A DNA stretch of 64,000 bases from assembly GCA_965215505.1 (NCBI GenBank), contig OZ244065.1, positions 704,001-768,000 on the forward strand, read 5' to 3'. This stretch comes from Capsulimonadaceae bacterium (GTDB lineage Bacteria > Armatimonadota > Armatimonadia > Armatimonadales > Capsulimonadaceae). This document shows positions 54,431-63,111 of the stretch, piece after piece. Numbering within the stretch: the first letter of the stretch is position 1; every line of letters begins with the position of its first letter. Both the position numbers and the translations under genes were made by a program. The notes under the pieces were generated by a model that did no database searches, was not told the DNA's origin, and was given only the letters and a program-made list of their open reading frames with translations.

Positions 54431-55276
54431 TTAGAACACCGGCCCAGCCTGGGAGAGCGTGTCGCAGGTCTGGCTGGTGACCTGCTCGAAGTCGGCGGGC
54501 GTCAGTCCCAGCGTGGTTAAGGCCTCGGGGTGGAGCGTGTAGGCCAGGCCGTCCACGCCCAGCCCGATGCCCAGGGTGAGGCAGACGGCGTCGGCGACAT
54601 GGACGAGGCATGGCAGCGGGGAGGCTTCGGGGGATTCGAGCGGCGCGTGGTGCCAGCGCACGGCGGTGACCAGGGAGGCTGGCAGGTTCCAGCGCTCCAG
54701 CAGGCGCGCGCCCGCCTCGGCATGGTCGAACCCCAGCACCTCCTGCTCCGCCCCGGCGAAGGTCATGTCGTCCCCTGAGGCGCGGCGGAGGACGTGGCTG
54801 AACTGGTCGGGCAGGTAGGTGTTCAGGACGATCTTGCCGATGTCGTGCAGCAGCCCCGCCACGAAAGCCTCCTCGGTCGCGCGGTAGCGGGCGCGCTGGG
54901 CCAGCATCTGGGCGGCGGAGGCGCAGGCGAGCGAGTGCCGCCAGAGCGCGCCGCGCGGCAGGGCGTAGCCGACGACATCCTGTTCCAGCATCTCCTGGCA
55001 GCTCGTCGCCATGACCAGGTTGCGGGTCGTCCTCATCCCCAATGTGATGACGGCCTCGGAGACCGTCGCGATGCGGCGGCTGGCTCCGTAGAAGGCGGAG
55101 TTCGCGAGCTTCAGCACGCGCACGGCGAGGGCCTGATCCGAAGCCAAGGCCCGTGCGACGTCCGCCGTGCCCGCCTTCGGGTCGTCGGTGAGCTGCATAA
55201 CGCGGACGACGGCGGCGGGCAGGGCGGGTAGGTCCCGTACCTGACGCACAAGGGTTTCCAGGCGGCGATCATCCAT
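54431..55276 (-). CDS. HDOD domain protein
   Basis: LPALP, DQALAVRVLKLANSAFYG, LWRHS, GLLHDIGK, DHAEAG..LERWNLP; overlaps the cheD stop. Confidence 0.92.
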   Translation of the reverse strand: MDDRRLETLVRQVRDLPALPAAVVRVMQLTDDPKAGTADVARALASDQALAVRVLKLANSAFYGASRRIATVSEAVITLGMRTTRNLVMATSCQEMLEQDVVGYALPRGALWRHSLACASAAQMLAQRARYRATEEAFVAGLLHDIGKIVLNTYLPDQFSHVLRRASGDDMTFAGAEQEVLGFDHAEAGARLLERWNLPASLVTAVRWHHAPLESPEASPLPCLVHVADAVCLTLGIGLGVDGLAYTLHPEALTTLGLTPADFEQVTSQTCDTLSQAGPVF

Positions 55277-55865
55277 ACGTCCACGCCCCTTCCAGGATGG
55301 GACTCGCGGCGGCACCGGCCCGCAGGCCGCCCGGACTCAGGATGACCAGCATCCGTTCGGCCAGACCCACGGGGCGCACCCAGACCGTGCCGGTGGCGGC
55401 CTCCAGCGTCACCGTCCGCCCGAAGTGGCCGCCCGTGTCCTCGGCACAGAGTGGGATGCGGGCGCGGGCCAGTTCTTCCTTGACGGCGTGGACGTTCCTC
55501 AGACCGAACTCCAGGCGCGACCGGGTGCCCATGTCCGAGGCGGCGTCGGTGAATATCTGTGCGCCGCCCACCAGGGCGGCCTGCACGTGGGCGGGCTGGC
55601 CGCCCAGCCGCGCGATCTCGGCGAGGGCGTGGGCGACGGCCGTGTCGGCGCACTTGCCGGGCGGGGGCGGGGTGGCGGGACGCACGCCCAGCCCGGAAGG
55701 CGGGAGGGTGACGGGGAGGACGACATGCACCAGGACGGCGAGGCGGGTGTGGCTCTCATAGAGGCACAGGCCGACACACGCGCCCAGGCCGCGCGCTTGC
55801 AGGCGCGTGTCAGACGTGCGGGCCAGTCCCGTTTCCCCCATTTCCACTGCCACGACCGATGCCAT
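55269..55865 (-). CDS. cheD: Chemoreceptor glutamine deamidase CheD
   Basis: GLGACVG.CLY, HVVLP, KCADTA, LVGGAQIF, GLRN, EDTGG..GRTV. Confidence 0.88.
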   Translation of the reverse strand: MASVVAVEMGETGLARTSDTRLQARGLGACVGLCLYESHTRLAVLVHVVLPVTLPPSGLGVRPATPPPPGKCADTAVAHALAEIARLGGQPAHVQAALVGGAQIFTDAASDMGTRSRLEFGLRNVHAVKEELARARIPLCAEDTGGHFGRTVTLEAATGTVWVRPVGLAERMLVILSPGGLRAGAAASPILEGAWTYG

Positions 55866-55928
55866 TGTTCAGAAGGTTCCTTCCCTCCTGATTATGGCGG
55901 CCTGTCACTGATTCTCTAGGAGGGGCGG

Positions 55929-57119
55929 CTAATCCAGCAAAATCACGGCGGCGGTCTGGCCGGCGGGGATGACCGAGACATCGGCGGGGATGACCAGCAG
56001 GGCGTTCGCCTCGACCATGGAGCGCATCATGCCGGACCCCTGCCGGCTGACGGGGGCGACCGTGTAGCCGCCGCCTTCCGCCGTCACGACGGCGCGCTGG
56101 TAGCTCTGGCGGCCCGGCGTATGGCTGGCGTCCTCGGTAAGCCGCGCCGTCATCCGCGGGCGGGAGGGTTCTGTCAGCCCGCGCAGGCGGCGCAGGGCAG
56201 GCCGGACGAACAGCTCGAACGTCACCATGGAGGAGACGGGGTTGCCGGGCAGGCCGAAAAAGACGGTCTCGCCCCAGCGCCCGAAGGCGACCGGCTTGCC
56301 GGGGCGGATGGCGACGCGCCAGAAGTCCATCGTCCCGCGCTCGGCGAAGACGGCCTTGACAAAGTCGTAATCGCCGACCGAGACGCCCCCGCTGGTCAGC
56401 AGCACGTCCGCCCCCGAGGCCCGGTCGAAGGCTTCGCGCAGTGCCTCCGGCGTGTCCCGCGCGTGGAGCCGGTGGGTCACGGTCCCGCCCGCCTCGGTCA
56501 CCTGGGCGGCCAGGGTGTAGGCGTTGGAGTTGTAAATCTGTCCCGGCAGGAGCGGCAGCCCCGGCTCGACCAGCTCATCCCCGGTGCTGATGATCGCCAC
56601 GCGCGGGCGGGGGTGGGCGCGGAGCAGGGCGCGGCCCACGACGGCGGCCATGCCGACCTCGGCGGGGCGAACCAAGCTGCCCGCCGCCATGACCAGACTT
56701 CCTGCCTCCACATCCTCCCCGGCTCGCCGGATGTGCTGGCCCGGCTCAATGGGCTGGAGGAAGGCGACGCCCGCGCCTTGCGCCTCGGTGTCCTCCACAG
56801 GTACGACCGTGTCCGCACCGGGCGGGACGGGTGCCCCGGTCATGATCCGCACGGCACTGCCGGGCGTCAGCGTCGGCAGGGACAGCGCCCCGGCGGGGAT
56901 GTCGCCCGACACGGGCAGCGTCGCGGGGATGTTCGCCAACTCGGCGGCCCGGACGGCGAAGCCGTCCATGCTGCTGTTGTCGAACGGCGGGACGGCCTGG
57001 GGCGCATACACGTCTTCGGTAAGGACGCAGCCGAGCGCGTCTGCGAGCGGCAGATCAACGGGCCGGAGCGGTGCGATCTGGCTGAGAATCTGGGCGAGGG
57101 CCTGGTCGTAGGTGAGCAT
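55929..57119 (-). CDS. moeA: Molybdopterin molybdenumtransferase
   Basis: PPFDNSSMDGFA, RIMTGA, STGDEL, TSGGVSVGDYD, PGKP, LPGNPVS. Confidence 0.95.
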   Translation of the reverse strand: MLTYDQALAQILSQIAPLRPVDLPLADALGCVLTEDVYAPQAVPPFDNSSMDGFAVRAAELANIPATLPVSGDIPAGALSLPTLTPGSAVRIMTGAPVPPGADTVVPVEDTEAQGAGVAFLQPIEPGQHIRRAGEDVEAGSLVMAAGSLVRPAEVGMAAVVGRALLRAHPRPRVAIISTGDELVEPGLPLLPGQIYNSNAYTLAAQVTEAGGTVTHRLHARDTPEALREAFDRASGADVLLTSGGVSVGDYDFVKAVFAERGTMDFWRVAIRPGKPVAFGRWGETVFFGLPGNPVSSMVTFELFVRPALRRLRGLTEPSRPRMTARLTEDASHTPGRQSYQRAVVTAEGGGYTVAPVSRQGSGMMRSMVEANALLVIPADVSVIPAGQTAAVILLD

Positions 57120-57128
57120 AATATGGCC

Positions 57129-57270
57129 CCCGGCCTTGAAAGGCCGGGCTACTGGTGAGTGAAAGCCCCTCCGGGGTTTCAGAGAGGACGGTGGCAGCGC
57201 GAAACCGTCCTTAGCCCCGGAGGACCTTCGTCCTGCTTAACCGGGAGTAGCCGGGCCTTTCAAGGCCGGG
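57129..57270. repeat. REPIN-like composite inverted repeat (family A)
   Basis: CCCGGCCTTGAAAGGCCGGGCTAC ... GTAGCCGGGCCTTTCAAGGCCGGG with inner CCTCCGGGG / CCCCGGAGG. Confidence 0.85.
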
Positions 57271-57276
57271 TGCCCC

Positions 57277-57780
57277 TCATGGCTCGACCGGATGCCCCGT
57301 CTCGCGCACCCGCAGGACATCCACGGCGTGGGGCAGCAGGGGGATGAGGCTGACCGTGCCGTCCCGCGCCCCGGACGGGCTGCCGGGGAGGTTGACGATG
57401 AGGGTCGCGCCCCGGACCCCCGCGATGCCGCGCGAGAGGGCGGCGAAGGGGGTCTGTTTCAGGCCCTCCCAGAGCAAAAACTGGCTGATGTTGGGCGCGG
57501 CCCGCTCCAGGACTTTGCCAGTCGCCTCGGGCGTCACGTCGCGCGGGCTGAAGCCGGTGCCGCCGGTGGTCAGGATGACGTCACACCCGTACTCGTCCGC
57601 CCAGCGCCTCAGAGTCTCGGCGATGACCTTCTTGTCGTCCGGCACGACGGCCTCCAAAGCCACGACGAACTCCGCTTTGGGCAGGCTTTTTTTGACGGCC
57701 GGGCCGGACAGGTCTTCCCGCTCGCCCGCACTGCACCGGTCACTGACCGTCAGTACCCCGACTCGGATCAACTCTCCCAT
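57277..57780 (-). CDS. mog: MogA/MoaB molybdopterin adenylyltransferase
   Basis: LTVSDR..REDLSGP, TTGGTGFSPRDVTPEAT, ALSRG, VNLPGSP; start ATG 57780. Confidence 0.9.
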   Translation of the reverse strand: MGELIRVGVLTVSDRCSAGEREDLSGPAVKKSLPKAEFVVALEAVVPDDKKVIAETLRRWADEYGCDVILTTGGTGFSPRDVTPEATGKVLERAAPNISQFLLWEGLKQTPFAALSRGIAGVRGATLIVNLPGSPSGARDGTVSLIPLLPHAVDVLRVRETGHPVEP

Positions 57781-58241
57781 GCGAAGTCTCCACTCTTCCC
57801 GCCGGTCTTCGTGACCAGATGGACGCCCTCGATCACCATGCGCTTGTCCACGGCCTTCGCCATGTCGTAGACGGTTAGCGCGGCGACCGTCGCCGCCGTC
57901 AGCGCCTCCATCTCGACGCCCGTCTGTGCCACCGTCGTCGCCGACGTCCTGATCGTCAGCCGCCCCTCGCCGAACTCGAAGTCCACGGAAACGTCGGCAA
58001 GCGGCAGCGAGTGGCACAGGGGGATCAGCTCATCCACCCGCTTCGCCGCCAAAACCCCGGCGACCCGCGCGACGGCCAGGGCGTCCCCCTTGGCGAGTTC
58101 GTTTTGACGAATTTTGTGCAGCGTCTCCGGCAGCATGGTCAGGATGGCCTGCGCCGCTGCCACCCGTCGGGTCGTCTCTTTGGCGGAAACGTCCACCATG
58201 CGCGCCTTGCCGTGTTCGTCAATGTGGGTGAGGTCAGGCAT
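57768..58241 (-). CDS. moaC: Cyclic pyranopterin monophosphate synthase
   Basis: LTH.D..G.ARMVDVSAK, KGDAL, LIPLCH, TGVEMEAL, YDMAKAVD, KTGGKSG. Confidence 0.96.
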   Translation of the reverse strand: MPDLTHIDEHGKARMVDVSAKETTRRVAAAQAILTMLPETLHKIRQNELAKGDALAVARVAGVLAAKRVDELIPLCHSLPLADVSVDFEFGEGRLTIRTSATTVAQTGVEMEALTAATVAALTVYDMAKAVDKRMVIEGVHLVTKTGGKSGDFAWES

Positions 58242-58465
58242 CAGATCATCCCATTGGCACGCTTTAGGGCTTGCAGCAGATCTATCATCTCGCTGGGCCG
58301 GAAGTAGATGCCCTTAACGATGTGGCCGGTGTCTCCATGAAGGGTGTCGATATAGACGTTGCGGGTGCCGTCCTTGCCCTCACGGATCGTGATTTGACAC
58401 TGGCAGTTTGGGGTTCTGCTGCTCGGCCACGGGAATGTGGCGACGACTTCCTCATCGTTGTTCAA
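58241..58465 (-). CDS. Small hypothetical protein
   Basis: 74 aa, overlaps neighbours at both ends; AT-richer. Confidence 0.55.
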   Translation of the reverse strand: MNNDEEVVATFPWPSSRTPNCQCQITIREGKDGTRNVYIDTLHGDTGHIVKGIYFRPSEMIDLLQALKRANGMI

Positions 58466-58803
58466 TTTGCGGTCCCCACTTCTGCCTTCCGACGGCCTGA
58501 TGGTTCGGTTTTGCGTGCCTCACAAGTCCTTTGCCACTCGTCTGCTGAGACGCGGCGAACACAACTCTCGCCACGCTCATCGTAAATGAGCCAGCCATCA
58601 ATCTCCGCAGACAACTCGCGGAGCATGATTATTTGCTCAGAGCTGATACTGTTCTTCCAGCGCAAGTCCGAAGACAGCCCATGAACAACATCCCATATCG
58701 CGTACTCGGTCCCCATCTCCCAGGACGCGCAGTAAGCATCCTGGCTGATCTCCGACATCAGCATGGACATGAGCGCGACCAGAGTTTTCTTGCTGAGTGC
58801 CAT
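58462..58803 (-). CDS. Hypothetical protein
   Basis: MSEISQDAYCASWEMGTEY.IW; preceded by minus-strand TGGTATAAT. Confidence 0.65.
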   Translation of the reverse strand: MALSKKTLVALMSMLMSEISQDAYCASWEMGTEYAIWDVVHGLSSDLRWKNSISSEQIIMLRELSAEIDGWLIYDERGESCVRRVSADEWQRTCEARKTEPSGRRKAEVGTAN

Positions 58804-58862
58804 AGCGTGTACCTGCCTCTTATTATACCACGCGCCCCGCCCACAAACAAGCAATCCTGCAC

Positions 58863-58892
58863 TTGACAGCCATGGTAGACGCTTGGTATAAT
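58863..58892 (+). promoter_or_regulatory. Consensus sigma70 promoter of dinB, overlapped by GTAGAC/GTCTAC half-sites
   Basis: TTGACA-N18-TATAAT with extended -10 TG. Confidence 0.8.
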
Positions 58893-58923
58893 CAGATGTC
58901 TACAGTAGAAAGGAGTCTACACA

Positions 58924-60123
58924 GTGTCCGTCGGCTGGCTGTTTTTGGATATGAACTCGTTTTTCGCCTCGGTCGAGCAGCAGGAACACCCCGAGCTGCG
59001 CGGGCGGCCGGTCGCGGTCGTCCCGCTGCTTTCGGACACGACTTGCTGCATCGCGGCGTCTTACGAGGCGAAGGCGTATGGGGTCAAGACGGGGACGAAC
59101 GTCGCCGAGGCCAAGCGGCTCTGCCCGAGCCTGCGGCTGGTCGAGGCGAAGCACGGGCCGTACCGGGAGTATCAGGCGCGGATCTTCAACACGGTGGCGC
59201 AGTGCCTCCCGGTGACGGAAGTCCTATCGGTGGACGAGATGGTGTGCAAGCTGTGGGCGAACGAGCGGCACCTGAGCGACGCGATCCGGCTAGGCGAACA
59301 CATCAAGGGGCGGATCAAGGCGGAGGTGGGCGAGTACATGCACTGCTCGGTGGGGCTGGGGCTGAACCCGTTCCTCGCCAAAGTCGCCGCCGAGATGCAG
59401 AAGCCGAACGGGCTGGTCGTCCTGGACGCCGAGGACCTGCCGCACAAGCTGTTCCGGCTGGCTTTGACCGACTTCCCCGGCATCAGCACGGGCATGGAGG
59501 CGCGGCTGCACGCTCGTGGCGTACATACCACCGAACAAATGTACGCGCTGACACTGGCGCAGATGCGGGCGATCTGGGGCGGCATCGGAGGGGAACACTG
59601 GTGGCACCTGCTCCGGGGCCATGAGGTCGCGAAGCCACCGGCCGTCCGGCGGAGCATCGGCCACTCGCACGTCCTGGCCCCCGAACTGCGGACGCCGGAA
59701 GGGGCGGCGTCGGTGGCCGGGCGGCTTTTAGAAAAGGCGGCGGAGCGGATGCGGCATCACGGCTACTCGGCGCGCGGGCTGGCCGTCCATGTGCGGAGCG
59801 AGGACGGACAGACCTGGGCGGCCAAGCGGAGATCGCTGCCCTGCACGGACACCTGGACACTGCTGGCGTCTCTGCGCTCCTTATGGGAACATCCGTTCCC
59901 TATAGTGCGTCAGGTCGGGGTCGTGCTGTATGACCTGGTGCCGGACGGCCAGTGGACTCCCTCGCTGTTCGGGGAAGATGCGGCGCGGCGGACCGCCTCG
60001 CGGGCGGTAGACGAAATCAACCGCCGTTTCGGGCGCGGGACGCTGTCGATGGCCTCGGTGGTGCCGGTGCGCGGGACGGCGGAGGACAAGATCGCGTTCG
60101 GGAAAGTTGGGGAAATGGATTGA
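58924..60123 (+). CDS. dinB: Y-family DNA polymerase (DinB/Pol IV-like)
   Basis: FLDMNSFFASVE, IAASYEAK.YGV.TG, SVDE, SVGLG...LAKVA...KPNG; catalytic residues intact. Confidence 0.88.
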   Translation: MSVGWLFLDMNSFFASVEQQEHPELRGRPVAVVPLLSDTTCCIAASYEAKAYGVKTGTNVAEAKRLCPSLRLVEAKHGPYREYQARIFNTVAQCLPVTEVLSVDEMVCKLWANERHLSDAIRLGEHIKGRIKAEVGEYMHCSVGLGLNPFLAKVAAEMQKPNGLVVLDAEDLPHKLFRLALTDFPGISTGMEARLHARGVHTTEQMYALTLAQMRAIWGGIGGEHWWHLLRGHEVAKPPAVRRSIGHSHVLAPELRTPEGAASVAGRLLEKAAERMRHHGYSARGLAVHVRSEDGQTWAAKRRSLPCTDTWTLLASLRSLWEHPFPIVRQVGVVLYDLVPDGQWTPSLFGEDAARRTASRAVDEINRRFGRGTLSMASVVPVRGTAEDKIAFGKVGEMD

Positions 60124-60168
60124 AGCCCTGCCGTTCGGGGCGGAGCGTTTTCCGGGTACATCTTTCCC

Positions 60169-60972
60169 ATGCTATTCCTCGGCTTAGACCTCGCCTGGGG
60201 CGACAAGAACACCAGCGGCGGCCTGGTCCTCTTCTACTCCCCTGACGGCAACAATCATGGGACGATCCTTGATGTCACCGAGGCACTAGGAGATGACGAC
60301 GAGATCGTCGCCTGGGTCCGGCGCTGGGACGCGGAGGCCGGGGCGGAGGGGTTGGTGCTGGGCGTGGACGCGCCGCTGCTGGTGCCGAACCTGACGGGCA
60401 AGCGGCCGTGTGAGGCCGAAATCGGGCGGCGGTTTGCGAGGTTCCAGGCAGGGGCACACCCGGCGAACCGAACCATCTTCAAGGACAGTGTTCGGGGCGA
60501 GCGGCTGGTGGCGCGGCTGGCGGAGCATGGGGTCACGGATAACCCGTATCTTGATGCCCCGCGCCAAGCGGGTGTGCGGCAGATGATGGAAGTATTCCCC
60601 CACCCCGCCCATGTCATTCTGTTCGGATTGGCGCGGACGCTGAAATACAAAGCGAAGCCGGGCCGGGACTATGCAAGCCGCTGGGCGGCGATGAACGAGT
60701 ACAGTCGCCTCCTGCGGGGTCTGACAGCCCATGACCCGCCTTTGAAGCTGCCCCCGGATTGGCCGCCTGCCGACACGAGAGGCATTATCGCGGGGGCTTT
60801 GAAGCGGCTCGAAGACGGAATGGACGCGCTCACCTGCGCTTACATCGTTTACTGGTACTGGTGGCACGGCCGGGAAGGCGCGGAGGTGCTGGGGGACCTG
60901 ACGGACGGCTACATCGTCATCCCGCACCGGCCCGATGCGGACAAGCCCTCGGGGGATAATCAGGTACAATAG
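60169..60972 (+). CDS. DUF429 family predicted RNase H-like nuclease
   Basis: FLGLDLAWG, GVDAPL, EVFPHP, YKAK, DALTCAY. Confidence 0.85.
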   Translation: MLFLGLDLAWGDKNTSGGLVLFYSPDGNNHGTILDVTEALGDDDEIVAWVRRWDAEAGAEGLVLGVDAPLLVPNLTGKRPCEAEIGRRFARFQAGAHPANRTIFKDSVRGERLVARLAEHGVTDNPYLDAPRQAGVRQMMEVFPHPAHVILFGLARTLKYKAKPGRDYASRWAAMNEYSRLLRGLTAHDPPLKLPPDWPPADTRGIIAGALKRLEDGMDALTCAYIVYWYWWHGREGAEVLGDLTDGYIVIPHRPDADKPSGDNQVQ

Positions 60973-60975
60973 GCC

Positions 60976-61542
60976 ATGCCTGCTTCGCCGCTCCCGGTCC
61001 TGCAAACGCCGCGCCTGACTTTGCGCCCCATGACCGTCGCCGACACGGAGGCCGTCTACAAGATGATTGCCGCCTCGCGCGAATCGTTCGCGCGCTGGTT
61101 CGGCTGGGCACGGGCCAGCACGAGGGAGTCGGTACAGGATTATGTGCAGCAGGCGGCGGAGGGGATGACGGTCGGGAGCGCCTGGCACTACGTCGTGCGG
61201 ACGCGGCAGGGGAGTCTGATTGCGCGGGTGGGCCTGACTCAGATCGACCCGGTCAACTTCAGCGCCGAGCTTGGCTACATGCTGCGGACGGATTTCGAGG
61301 GAAGCGGGCTGATGACCGAGGCCGCGCAGTATCTTCTTTCCTACGCCTTCGGCGCGGGCGGCCTGCACCGGATTACTGCCTATGCCGATGTGGAGAACGT
61401 CGGCAGCCAGAAGGTGCTGGCCCGGCTAGGCTTCCGGCACGAGGGGACGGCGCGGCACATGCTGCACCTCCCCGAGCGCGGCTGGCGCGACCACCACGCC
61501 TACGGGCTGCTGGAAGGGGAACTGCGTGACGGACGCAAGTGA
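60976..61542 (+). CDS. RimJ/RimL-type GNAT acetyltransferase
   Basis: TPRLTLRP, AELGY, GSGLMTEA, NVGSQKVL.RLGF..EG. Confidence 0.88.
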   Translation: MPASPLPVLQTPRLTLRPMTVADTEAVYKMIAASRESFARWFGWARASTRESVQDYVQQAAEGMTVGSAWHYVVRTRQGSLIARVGLTQIDPVNFSAELGYMLRTDFEGSGLMTEAAQYLLSYAFGAGGLHRITAYADVENVGSQKVLARLGFRHEGTARHMLHLPERGWRDHHAYGLLEGELRDGRK

Positions 61543-62170
61543 GCCTCCGGACCTGCTGGTCTGCGCGGCGACGGAAATGGAGCTTAAGGCATTTGGGAAT
61601 GTGTGCGCGGGCGACGGACGGGAGAGTTTCCTCACCGGCGTCGGCGTTCCCGTCGCACTCGCTCAGACACTGCTGGTCGCAGGGCGTCTGCGGCCTGCCC
61701 GCATCCTGAACATCGGCATCGCCGGGGCCTACCCCGGCAGCGGTCTTGCCATCGGCGACATCGTGATCGGCACCTCCGAGGTCTACGGCGATGTCGGCTT
61801 CGAGCTGCCCGAAGCGCCGGGTTTCCGGCACATCGGCGAGTCCTCTTGGGGGACCTTCTACCACGACCCGCTGACACTGACGGCGTTCCCGGAGTTCGCG
61901 GGCACGGCGACCGGGCGTGGCTGCACCGTCAATGCCTGCACCGGGACGGAGACCACGGGGCAACTGCGGGAGCATCTTTTCGGGGCCGCCTTCGAGACGA
62001 TGGAGGGCGCGGCAGTCGCGCAGGCCGGTACTGTGCTGGGCATCCCCGTCTGCGAGATACGCGCCATCAGCAACATCGCCTCCGACCGGGACATGCGGCC
62101 CGAGAACATCAAGACGGCCCTCGAAAGCCTGCGAGCCTACTTCCAGAAGTTTAGAAAAAGAACACCATGA
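61526..62170 (+). CDS. mqnB: Futalosine hydrolase
   Basis: TGVG, NIGIAGAY, TVNACTG, ETMEGAAVA, EIRAISN; adjacent to mqnD. Confidence 0.88.
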   Translation: MTDASEPPDLLVCAATEMELKAFGNVCAGDGRESFLTGVGVPVALAQTLLVAGRLRPARILNIGIAGAYPGSGLAIGDIVIGTSEVYGDVGFELPEAPGFRHIGESSWGTFYHDPLTLTAFPEFAGTATGRGCTVNACTGTETTGQLREHLFGAAFETMEGAAVAQAGTVLGIPVCEIRAISNIASDRDMRPENIKTALESLRAYFQKFRKRTP

Positions 62171-62967
62171 CCGACCTGAGCCTGGGCATCTCGCCCTGCC
62201 CGAACGACGTCTACATTTTCAGCGGCCTGCTGCTGGGCGCGGTCCATGCCGAGGGCATGACGTTCCATGTGGACTATCAGGACGTGGAGACACTGAACGC
62301 CCGCGCACAGGCAGGGGCGATGGACGTGGTCAAGATCAGCTACGCGAACTTCTTCCACTGCCAGTCCCAATACGATCTGCTGCCCTGCGGCGGTGCCTTG
62401 GGGCGCGGCGTCGGCCCGCTGCTGCTGTCCAACGGGGGCGGCTGGGACCCGGACGGGGAGGTACTGGTGCCGGGCGAGTTCACGACCGCGAACTTCCTGC
62501 TGGACTTCTACGCCGGCCGCCCCCTCCGCAAGCGGTTCCTGCCGTTCGACGCGCTGTACGCGCGGCTTTTGGACACGCCGGGCACACAAGGCGTGGTGAT
62601 TCACGAGAAGCGGTTCACGTTCGCCGCCGACGGGCTGCATCTGATTCAGGACTTGGGAGACTATTGGGAGCGCGAAACCGGCTTTGCCATTCCGCTGGGC
62701 GCGATCGCCGCCCGAAAGGGCTTGGACCACGCGCGTCTGGCCGAGGCCGTGCGCGGCAGCCTGCGCTGGGCTTATGCCCATGACCCGGAGGCGTTCGCGC
62801 TCTGCCGTGAACACTCACAAGACCTGAACCCCGCCGTCGTGCGCGCCCACATCGAGCTGTACGTCAACAGCTTCACGGAAGACGTGGGGCCGGAGGGGCA
62901 GGCGGCGGTGGAGTTCTTCCTGTCGCGGCAGCGTGACGCGGCGGCGAGAAATAGGAACCGGCCATGA
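62167..62967 (+). CDS. mqnD: 1,4-dihydroxy-6-naphthoate synthase
   Basis: SPCPND, DVETLN, GGALGRGVGPL, TTAN, IHEKRFT, DLG..WE..TG..IPLG, HIELYVN. Confidence 0.93.
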   Translation: MTDLSLGISPCPNDVYIFSGLLLGAVHAEGMTFHVDYQDVETLNARAQAGAMDVVKISYANFFHCQSQYDLLPCGGALGRGVGPLLLSNGGGWDPDGEVLVPGEFTTANFLLDFYAGRPLRKRFLPFDALYARLLDTPGTQGVVIHEKRFTFAADGLHLIQDLGDYWERETGFAIPLGAIAARKGLDHARLAEAVRGSLRWAYAHDPEAFALCREHSQDLNPAVVRAHIELYVNSFTEDVGPEGQAAVEFFLSRQRDAAARNRNRP

Positions 62968-63100
62968 ATGGCCGGCCTACTGTTAAGTGGAAACCGCTAC
63001 GCGGTTGAAGAGGGGATTAACTACAACGGCTGTTCTTTCCATTTCCTAGTCGCGGAGCGACTTCCATTCAACAGTAGGCCGGCCATTCATGGCCGGTTCC
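62954..63100. repeat. REPIN-like composite inverted repeat (family A)
   Basis: Perfect arms GGAACCGGCCATGAATGGCCGGCCTACTGTT / AACAGTAGGCCGGCCATTCATGGCCGGTTCC. Confidence 0.9.
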
Positions 63101-63111
63101 AAGCTCTCCCC

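Noticed and set aside
54411-54435. 12-bp duplication GACGGCCTTAGA at the HDOD stop
   Set aside because: Two copies only, with no associated element; probably local slippage
55890-55920. sigma28 promoter for cheD
   Set aside because: The minus strand reads GCCGCCATAAT, not GCCGATAA, and the -35 is unconvincing
58924-60123. ImuB-type inactive polymerase or imuABC cassette
   Set aside because: Catalytic D and DE residues are present and no imuA or dnaE2 is adjacent
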